Shown here in pieces: positions 28,813-35,333 of a stretch of DNA of 64,000 nucleotides; positions within the stretch are counted from its first letter, which is position 1, and each line of letters begins with the position of its first letter. Position numbers and translations under genes: made by a program. The notes beneath the pieces were generated by a model that saw only the letters and a program-made list of their open reading frames with translations, did not search any database and was not told the origin of the DNA. The stretch comes from Anaerolineae bacterium (GTDB taxonomy: Bacteria; Chloroflexota; Anaerolineae; B4-G1; SLSP01). The stretch covers positions 18,480-82,479 of the forward strand of contig JAXDDO010000010.1 of assembly GCA_034676805.1 (NCBI GenBank), written 5' to 3'.

Positions 28813-30639
28813 TCAGGCCAAGACCTCTGCCATCCCCGTCTCCAGCAGATGGCGGAAGTGCGAGTCAGGATCCTCAGCCAATCGAACTCGGTCGCCCATC
28901 TCGCGAATGCGCCCGTCTTCGAGGATGAGAATCTCGTCGGCCCGGTGGACGGTGTTCAACCGGTGCGCGATGACGATGCCGGTCCGGTTGGCCAGGAGCC
29001 GATCGACGGCCTGCTCGATCAGTTGCTCCGTCGCCGGATCGAGACGTGACGAGGCCTCATCGAGGATGACCAAGTCCGGATCTGTCAGGAATGCGCGGGC
29101 AAAGGCCAACAACTGGGCCTGGCCTGCTGATAAGCCGCCTCCTCCAGCGCCGAGCTCGGTGTCCAGGGCCTGCGGGAGGCTCTCCAGCCAAGGCCCTAGA
29201 CCCAAGCCATCGAGCACAGCACAGATCCTGGCATCGGGGATCCCCGGTTGAAAGAGCGTGAGGTTGTCGCGAACCGTGGCCTGGAAGAGCTGGACCTCCT
29301 GGGTTACCAGCGCCACCCGCCTGCGGACCTCTCCGATAGTGATGTCGGTCACGGCAACGTCTCCGAGGCAGACTTGGCCCGCCGTGGGGTCATAGAGCCG
29401 CAAGAGCAGACGGGCCAGCGTTGTCTTGCCGCTGCCCGTGCGGCCCAGAAGCCCCAGAACTCGCCCTGGCGCCAGGGTAAAGTCGAGATCCCGCAGGACC
29501 CGATCGTCCTGACCTCCGGCGGATGTGAGGGTCTCTATCGCGGACTGCCCGTTGCTGGACCCGTTTCCTCCGCTGGCCTGTGGCATGGCATCAGCGTAGG
29601 TGAACGATACGCCCTTGAACGCGACTGCGAGGGCGCCGGCCGGCAGCGGCCCTTCACTTCCGTCGACCAGACTGGAATGGGTGTCGAAGAGCTCCTGGAT
29701 GCGCGCGATTCCGGCATCGGCCTGCTGGAGCTCCGTGAGCTGCCAGCGCAGCTCGGCGATCTGCCCGAACAACAGCCCCATGTAGTCGCTGATGAGGTAG
29801 GCTGAACCGAGGGTGGTCTCGCCGCGGAGCCATAGATACCCGGCGACACCGTAAGCAACGACCTCGCCAACCGCCACCAGAGCGGCGTTGGTCATCCAGC
29901 CAGAATAGGCCGCGACGCTCGCGTTGCGGTCTATGGGCAACCAGCGGCGCAGGAACTCGAAAAGGCGGTGCATCACGTAGGGCTGAGCACCGTTGGCCCG
30001 GATGTCCTCAGTGCCCGTGAACTGCTCGCCGAGAAAGCCGTAGAACTGGGCACGGACCTCGCGCAACCTGGCATAGTAGGGAATCGCGATGTGACGCAAG
30101 CGCATCAGCACGAGCAGCCCGACGATCGCGTACACCGTGAAGCTCGCGCCTACCAGCCATCCCTCCCGGAATATCATGACGAGCACGCCGGTTGCCAGTA
30201 CGCCGTTCCCGATGACGCTCAGGACGAACTGCGAGAAAAAGCTCGACAGAGCATCGACATCGCTGTCGATGCGTTCGGTGAGCTCTCCAGGGGTGTGGGC
30301 TTTGTGAAAGGTCATGTCCAACCCCAGAAGATGCCGCAGCAGGTCCAGCCGCAGGGCGTTAGTGGCGGTCCAGGCTACGGTCTCACCCACGTAGACGTTG
30401 GCGACTGTCAGGACCTGCGTGGCGGCAGCGATTGCCAAGAACGCGCTGCCCTGACGCAGCAGACTCCCTACCTGGGCACCGGCGAAGGCTTGATCCAGGA
30501 ACGAACGCATGATCTGCGGGTTGACCAGGCGCAGCGCGATCTTGGCGATCAGCAGTGCGGACAGGATGATGATTCGGCGCCACTGGGGGCGAAGGTAAGT
30601 GCGCAACAGGGTCCAATAGCGCTTGATGGGTACCTTCAT
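28813..30639 (-). CDS. ABC exporter, fused permease/ATPase (first half of a heterodimer)
   Basis: Walker A GRTGSGKTT, signature LSAGQAQL (degenerate, as is common in heterodimeric exporters) and Walker B LVILDE. Start set at ATG 30639 (MKVPIKRYWTLL) because the track's GTG 30687 lies inside the upstream terminator hairpin. Confidence 0.9.
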   Translation of the reverse strand: MKVPIKRYWTLLRTYLRPQWRRIIILSALLIAKIALRLVNPQIMRSFLDQAFAGAQVGSLLRQGSAFLAIAAATQVLTVANVYVGETVAWTATNALRLDLLRHLLGLDMTFHKAHTPGELTERIDSDVDALSSFFSQFVLSVIGNGVLATGVLVMIFREGWLVGASFTVYAIVGLLVLMRLRHIAIPYYARLREVRAQFYGFLGEQFTGTEDIRANGAQPYVMHRLFEFLRRWLPIDRNASVAAYSGWMTNAALVAVGEVVAYGVAGYLWLRGETTLGSAYLISDYMGLLFGQIAELRWQLTELQQADAGIARIQELFDTHSSLVDGSEGPLPAGALAVAFKGVSFTYADAMPQASGGNGSSNGQSAIETLTSAGGQDDRVLRDLDFTLAPGRVLGLLGRTGSGKTTLARLLLRLYDPTAGQVCLGDVAVTDITIGEVRRRVALVTQEVQLFQATVRDNLTLFQPGIPDARICAVLDGLGLGPWLESLPQALDTELGAGGGGLSAGQAQLLAFARAFLTDPDLVILDEASSRLDPATEQLIEQAVDRLLANRTGIVIAHRLNTVHRADEILILEDGRIREMGDRVRLAEDPDSHFRHLLETGMAEVLA

Positions 30640-30667
30640 GGTCTGATCCTTATGCTTCCATGCACGC

Positions 30668-30701
30668 AAAAAGGCCACGGACGTCACAGACGTCCGTGGC
30701 C
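30668..30701 (-). terminator. Intrinsic terminator inside the leader (attenuator)
   Basis: On the minus strand: GGCCACGGACGTC-tgt-GACGTCCGTGGCC (30701-30673) followed by TTTTTG (30672-30667). The stem is a perfect 13 bp. Confidence 0.75.
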
Positions 30702-30881
30702 CGATGGGTTGCTTAGGCGATAGCGGTGATGCTCAATCGACGCACTGTAACGGGAATAGCGGTACGTTCCCCCAGCATCTACCGGAGATCAGCCCAGGGT
30801 GGCCTGGTGTTCGAAGCGGGCGGGTACCCGAACAGGCACCCGCCGGAGACCTGTCCGGTGGGACAGACTTCCCGATAGAGG

Positions 30882-30911
30882 CTAGTGAACGATGTAGAGA
30901 TCCCGGCTCAT
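30882..30911 (-). CDS. Possible leader peptide uORF (MSRDLYIVH)
   Basis: ATG 30911 to TAG 30882. An AGGAGA lies 11 nt upstream. That SD and the start sit in or next to the helix GAGACGATC/GATCTCT. This is purely a sequence-based suggestion. Confidence 0.25.
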   Translation of the reverse strand: MSRDLYIVH

Positions 30912-30941
30912 TGCGTCGATCGTCTCCTGAGGATGTTTTAG

Positions 30942-30969
30942 ATTATAGCGCCAACCTACGGAATGTCAA
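30942..30969 (-). promoter_or_regulatory. Sigma-70 consensus promoter (TTGACA-16-TATAAT) for the leader/ABC operon
   Basis: Minus strand reads TTGACA (30969-30964), a 16-nt spacer, then TATAAT (30947-30942). Both hexamers match consensus exactly. Confidence 0.7.
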
Positions 30970-31001
30970 ATCAGTAGTGAACAGATAATGACTAGAATAT
31001 A

Positions 31002-31030
31002 TTGACATTTATTGTTCATCGTGCTATAAT
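31002..31030 (+). promoter_or_regulatory. Sigma-70 consensus promoter with extended -10 (TTGACA-17-TGcTATAAT) for heliorhodopsin
   Basis: TTGACA at 31002-31007, a 17-nt spacer ending in TGC, then TATAAT at 31025-31030. It lies 31 nt upstream of ATG 31062, which has an AAAGGAAA RBS. Confidence 0.75.
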
Positions 31031-31061
31031 CAAGCTAGTTCTAACGTGAAAGGAAACCGAG

Positions 31062-31841
31062 ATGAAAAGGGAAAGCGACGAGAAGGTATACAGCGGCTTG
31101 CGTCGGTTCAACCTGATTATGGGGGGGCTGCACCTGATCCAGGGCATTCTGATGATCGTGCTCAGCAATGACACGACCTATCCGATCTTTACCAACTTCC
31201 TGAAGTTCGACCGGGCGACCTTCAGCCTGGTCCCAGACCCGCAGTTGGCTTATGAGCTCCGCTTTGGGCCGGCAGTGGCCTTGTTTCTGCTGATCTCGGC
31301 GGTAGCGCACTTCTACCTCTCAACCCTGGGATATCGGCGCTACGTGACCAACCTCAAGCAGGGGATGAATCCTGTGCGGTTCTACGAGTACGCGCTGAGC
31401 TCCTCGTTGATGATCGTCCTGATCGGGATGCTGGTGGGCATCTGGGATCTGGGCAGCATGATTCTGATGTTCGGCATCAACGCGATGATGAACCTGTTCG
31501 GCATCATGATGGAGTATCACAACCAGTATACCAAGAAGACGAACTGGACTTCATTCATCTATGGGAGCATCGCTGGGATCATCCCGTGGATCGTGATCCT
31601 GTTGTACTTCTTTAGTGCGCTGAACTCCTCTGATGCGGAGCCGCCGGCCTTCGTCTACGCGATCATCCCCACGATCTTCGTCTTCTTCAACTCCTTCGCG
31701 ATCAATATGGTGCTGCAGTACAAGAAGGTGGGGCGCTGGAAGGACTATCTCTTCGGCGAGCGGGTCTACATCATCCTGAGCCTGTTGGCGAAGACGGCGC
31801 TGGCGTGGCAGATCTTTGCGGGGACCCTGGCACCGGTGTAG
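31062..31841 (+). CDS. Heliorhodopsin (7-TM retinal protein, inverted topology family)
   Basis: Full-length similarity, from memory, to heliorhodopsin 48C12. Shared blocks are FN.I.G..HL.Q (His24), AHF (His83), R..EY.LSSS.MIVLI (counterion Glu109), AGI.PW and FFNSFA...LQYK..G.W..YL.GER.YI.LSL.AK.ALAWQIF.GTL (Schiff-base Lys244, aag 31791-31793). Confidence 0.9.
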   Translation: MKRESDEKVYSGLRRFNLIMGGLHLIQGILMIVLSNDTTYPIFTNFLKFDRATFSLVPDPQLAYELRFGPAVALFLLISAVAHFYLSTLGYRRYVTNLKQGMNPVRFYEYALSSSLMIVLIGMLVGIWDLGSMILMFGINAMMNLFGIMMEYHNQYTKKTNWTSFIYGSIAGIIPWIVILLYFFSALNSSDAEPPAFVYAIIPTIFVFFNSFAINMVLQYKKVGRWKDYLFGERVYIILSLLAKTALAWQIFAGTLAPV

Positions 31842-31878
31842 ACCGCAGGCGTCCGTGTTCGCTCTTGGGCTAGCATAC

Positions 31879-31908
31879 AAGCCCGGCACAGTCGTGCGTG
31901 CCGGGCTT
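31879..31908 (+). terminator. Intrinsic terminator after heliorhodopsin
   Basis: AAGCCCGGCAC (31879-31889) pairs with GTGCCGGGCTT (31898-31908), followed by TGTCATT. Confidence 0.65.
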
Positions 31909-32193
31909 TGTCATTGGCCCAGGACCATCTTCGGCCACGACCGTCCAGGACTTCGACGTGCGTGCGCGTCGCCCGGAGGTTTTCGGTCCGGGCCTATAGC
32001 CCTTTTCGCCGTGCAAGGTAGAATGAAGCGCACGCGTCATCGGCCCCAGTCTGGGCCCGGGTGACGGGGCTGAGTGCCCCGACGGGGGCAATTAGAGCGC
32101 AAGAAACGGAGTTTACCGCGGATCGCCTTCGCTATCATGGAGGATAGACAAGTTGGTCACCTATCACAGGTGACGCGATAGCGGAGGTGTGTC

Positions 32194-33267
32194 ATGGTTC
32201 TAATGGAGATGAAAGAGCTCGCTGTGTTCTCAACAACATCAAGCCGCTGGGAGGCAATCGTTCGACGGGACACCGAGGCGGCCAAGGCCTTTGTCTACGG
32301 CGTAGTGACGACGGGAATTTACTGCCGGCCCGGGTGCCCCTCGCGGCTGCCGAACCGGGAGAACGTGCGGTTCTTTGATACGTGGGAGATGGCCGAGGCT
32401 GCCGGGTTCCGCCCGTGCAAGCGCTGCACGCCGCAATCGCCCGACGAGCCGGATGCGGCGACGCGGGCGGTGGTCGAGGCGTGTCGGATCATCGAGACGT
32501 CGGAGCAGGCGCCTACGCTGCAGGCGCTGGCCGATGCGGTAGGGTTCAGTCCCTATCACTTCCAGCGGCTGTTCAAGCGTATCGTGGGCGTCTCGCCCAA
32601 GCAGTATGCCGTGGAGACACGGCTCGACCGGGTACGGAATGGCCTGCACGAAGAGGCCTCTGTGACGGACGCGATCTACGGTGCCGGCTTCGAGTCCAGC
32701 AGCCGTTTCTACGAATCGGCCACGGCCTCGCTGGGGATGAAGCCGTCGGAATTCCGACAGGGAGGTGTGGGCATGGCGATCCGCTACGCGGTGACGCGGT
32801 GCTATCTGGGTTGGGTGTTGGTGGCGGCCACGGACAAGGGGATCTGCAGGATCGATCTGGACGCGACGCCGGAGGCGTTGGAGGCCCGCCTGAGGGCCGA
32901 CTTCCCCCAAGCGGACCTACAGGCCGACGGCACGGGCTTCGACCAGGTCCTCGCGGAGGTTGTCGCGCTCCTGGAAGCGCCCGAGCGCGGCCTTTCACTG
33001 CCGCTGGACATCCAGGGGACGGCGTTTCAACGACGCGTCTGGACCGCGCTGCAGGAGATTCCCGCAGGATCCACCGCGAGCTACAGCGAGATCGCCGCGC
33101 GGATTGGCGCGCCCAAGGCGGCGCGGGCTGTGGCGCGGGCGTGTGCTTCGAACAGGCTAGCCGTTGCCATCCCGTGTCATCGTGCGGTCCGCAGCGACGG
33201 CGGCTTGGGTGGATACCGGTGGGGGCTCGACCGCAAGGAGGCGATCCTGGAGCGGGAGTCGGCGTAG
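32194..33267 (+). CDS. ada: Bifunctional Ada: methylphosphotriester-DNA methyltransferase/AraC-type activator fused to O6-methylguanine-DNA methyltransferase
   Basis: Ada Zn-finger YCRPGCPSR...FRPCKRC, AraC HTH (GFSPYHFQRLFKR..G.SP..Y) and the C-terminal active site IPCHRAV. GGAGG RBS is present. Confidence 0.9.
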   Translation: MVLMEMKELAVFSTTSSRWEAIVRRDTEAAKAFVYGVVTTGIYCRPGCPSRLPNRENVRFFDTWEMAEAAGFRPCKRCTPQSPDEPDAATRAVVEACRIIETSEQAPTLQALADAVGFSPYHFQRLFKRIVGVSPKQYAVETRLDRVRNGLHEEASVTDAIYGAGFESSSRFYESATASLGMKPSEFRQGGVGMAIRYAVTRCYLGWVLVAATDKGICRIDLDATPEALEARLRADFPQADLQADGTGFDQVLAEVVALLEAPERGLSLPLDIQGTAFQRRVWTALQEIPAGSTASYSEIAARIGAPKAARAVARACASNRLAVAIPCHRAVRSDGGLGGYRWGLDRKEAILERESA

Positions 33268-33353
33268 CAGACGATCGTTGAGCGCTCCGGCTGGAGAAGG
33301 TAGCTGGTCCGCCGGAAGCGCCCCAAGTTCTACAGAGTTGTCGGTCAGCGCCC

Positions 33354-35303
33354 TCACACCGAGGGCGCTGACCAGTGTAATAGGGCCTCCAGCGAGATGG
33401 CGCTCTCCCAGGGGCGGCAGCGGGTGCCCGCGGGGCGCCCATTGATGTAGTACTCGGCCCAGGCGCCAACCGGGTCGGCGAGCGTCAGCGTGGTCTCGTA
33501 GAACGCGGCGGCGAATGGATGGCGCAGCTCTGTCAGGGCGTAGAGAAGCAGGCCGTAGTCATAGCCGACGGCGGAGTCGGTCCTGCCCACCTTTGTCCCA
33601 TCCGCGTCCTGGTCTTGCCGTGAGGGCAGTTGCCCCGTTTTCTGGTAGCGAGCGACGAGCGCGTTGATCTGGGGTCGCAGATCCTCCGGCGGAAGCAGCC
33701 CGGTGTGGAAATAGAGCGGCGTCAGGCTCACCGACTGCAGCGCGTAGACCGTAGGTGGCGCGGCGGGAAAGGAACCAAGCGCCAGGCACGTGGGGCAGAC
33801 ATAGCGCCCTGTCTCGGTGTGCTCAGTCCACTCGATGCCGCGGAAGCGGCCCTCGGCGATGCAGCGCTCGCAGACGCCGTGGCGGAATCGCGGCAGCGCA
33901 GCGGACGCGGCCCGCTGAGGGTTGTTGGTGATCAATTGCCCGTCGCGCCAGAAGTTGCGGCGATAGCTGTCCTGGACGTGGTGCAGGGTTCGGTACGCGT
34001 CGGCCAGTCGCTCGTCGGGCCAGCGGCGGTGCTGCGCGATCCAGTCCAGCAACCGAGCGCCGCCATCGCAGAAGAGCAACGTCGCCTCCGCCGAGCCGTC
34101 GTTGAGCGTCGTGCGGGGCAGGATGCCACCGGCGACATAGGTCTCGTCGCCGTTGAAGGGCAGCATATCGTCGACCAGGTGCGGCACTTGCGCGTCCCAG
34201 GCCCACTCCAGCATCGGGAACACCGTGTCGAGGATCTCCTCGTCACCCCCGACCGCTGCCAAGTCGAAAGCTTGCCGGATCAGATAGCCCGTGATCTCGA
34301 CGGCGTCGTTCTCGTGGACGTGGAATGCGCCGTCCACCCCGAAGGCCTGGGCATTGTGGATGCGCCCGTGGCGCTGCCAGACGCCCCAGTAGAATTGGAG
34401 GATCTCGCGGGCCTGCGCAATCTGGCCCAGCGCCAGCAGACCGCGCGAGGTACCATACTGGTCGCGCACATACCCCATATGATAGGGATAGCCCGCCAGC
34501 ACACCGCCCTCGCGTGCCTGCTGCGCGCGGATGAGGACGGCGACGTCATCGCAGGTGCGCAGCAGGCGCGCTCGTTGGGGCAGGCCCTCTGGGAGGATGT
34601 CTTCCCAGTCCCTGCGGCTGCAAGCGAAGGCCTGCCACCAGGCTTGCGTGCGGGCGAGCAGGGCATCGGGAGGCGTATGGAGCGCGATCTCTGCGCCGGT
34701 AATGGCTTCCGGGTAGGCAGGTCCGCCCACCAGGAAGAGCCAGCTTTCGCCAGGTTCGCAGATCAGGTCGATCGTGTGCCCGGCTTGATCCACGACGGCC
34801 CGTGTCGGCCCGCGCCAGGCGATCTGATGGAAGATCGGGCCGGGAAACGGATAGGTGTGGTAGAACGGGAGCCCCGCGGGCGCCTGGAGCAGCAGGCCTC
34901 CGTCCGCCCCTGTCAATCGGGCACCGTTGTCGACAACCTGTGCGGGGACCGTAAGCGTCAGGCGGAAGCGCAGGGGGTCGGTTAGGCGCAGATGGCGTAC
35001 CAGGCAGGGCAGGTCCGCGTCGACGAAGTCGGTGATCTCGCCGGCCGGCGTTCCCGCTATGCGCAGCTGGTGAGTCCAGATCGCCGTGCCCGGCGTCCGG
35101 TGGCCGGACGCTGTGATGCGTTCAGGCATGGCGAGGGTAAGCTGGTAGAGCGAGGGCGCGCTGTAGGGAGGGCCAAAGACCTGGGCGAGGTTGGGGCCCT
35201 GGGCGTAGGCACACAATTGCCCGTTGCCCAGTGCGTGGATCGTGCCGTCATCGGTGTCTTCGCTGCTCCAGAGGCGCGCGGTGGCGTGTGGGTCTGTCTG
35301 CAT
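33354..35303 (-). CDS. Large conserved protein, possibly a six-hairpin (GH15-like) glycosidase fold, with a CxxC...CxxC insert
   Basis: 649-aa ORF of ordinary composition, last in the MFS operon. Has glucoamylase-like blocks (GYPYHMGYVRDQYGTSRGLLALG, FYWGVWQ). Function is uncertain. Confidence 0.55.
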   Translation of the reverse strand: MQTDPHATARLWSSEDTDDGTIHALGNGQLCAYAQGPNLAQVFGPPYSAPSLYQLTLAMPERITASGHRTPGTAIWTHQLRIAGTPAGEITDFVDADLPCLVRHLRLTDPLRFRLTLTVPAQVVDNGARLTGADGGLLLQAPAGLPFYHTYPFPGPIFHQIAWRGPTRAVVDQAGHTIDLICEPGESWLFLVGGPAYPEAITGAEIALHTPPDALLARTQAWWQAFACSRRDWEDILPEGLPQRARLLRTCDDVAVLIRAQQAREGGVLAGYPYHMGYVRDQYGTSRGLLALGQIAQAREILQFYWGVWQRHGRIHNAQAFGVDGAFHVHENDAVEITGYLIRQAFDLAAVGGDEEILDTVFPMLEWAWDAQVPHLVDDMLPFNGDETYVAGGILPRTTLNDGSAEATLLFCDGGARLLDWIAQHRRWPDERLADAYRTLHHVQDSYRRNFWRDGQLITNNPQRAASAALPRFRHGVCERCIAEGRFRGIEWTEHTETGRYVCPTCLALGSFPAAPPTVYALQSVSLTPLYFHTGLLPPEDLRPQINALVARYQKTGQLPSRQDQDADGTKVGRTDSAVGYDYGLLLYALTELRHPFAAAFYETTLTLADPVGAWAEYYINGRPAGTRCRPWESAISLEALLHWSAPSV

Positions 35304-35333
35304 GGGTGTAGTCCCCGGTTCTCTCTGCTTGTC

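Larger units (their letters stand above)
30640..30935 (-). promoter_or_regulatory. About 296-nt structured 5' leader of the ABC exporter operon (candidate attenuator or riboswitch, class not recognised)
   Basis: Lies between the consensus promoter (30942-30969) and ATG 30639. It contains many mutually exclusive GC-rich helices, a 9-codon uORF and an intrinsic terminator 28 nt before the start codon. Confidence 0.55.

Noticed and set aside
28813-30687. 5'-extended track starts (this ABC gene and about 20 others, e.g. 48372, 53429, 58211, 16801-18351, 8305-9447, 26914, 37499, 38938)
   Set aside because: The extensions begin at GTG, TTG or distant ATG codons. They lack RBSs and overlap upstream genes, hairpins or a tRNA-proximal region. 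They frequently contain the real RBS, for example TTGGAGG before ATG 26905. Internal ATGs preceded by AGGAGG-type sites were used instead.
30711-30880. Riboswitch-like motifs in the leader region: a B12-box-like GCCGGAGACCTGTCC and GCACTGTAA/GGGAA on the plus strand, a THI-box-like CTGATCTCCGGTAGATGCTGGGGGAA on the minus strand, and T-box/F-box-like GGGGGAACGTACCGC and CCGTTA on the minus strand
   Set aside because: For cobalamin, the motif order is wrong and the motifs lie on the strand that is not transcribed from the identified promoter. For TPP, the essential CTGAGA element is absent. For a T-box, the order and the distance to the terminator do not fit. I treat these as partial chance matches until a covariance-model scan says otherwise.
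30704-30988. 94-aa plus-strand ORF between the ABC operon and the heliorhodopsin gene
   Set aside because: It lies inside the minus-strand leader and runs across both consensus promoters. It has no RBS and implausible composition.
32026-32032. AAGCGCA, resembling the E. coli Ada box AAAGCGCA, upstream of ada
   Set aside because: It is only a 7-mer. It lies about 100 nt upstream of the most plausible -35, which is too far and too short to call. It may be worth a look only if it is conserved.
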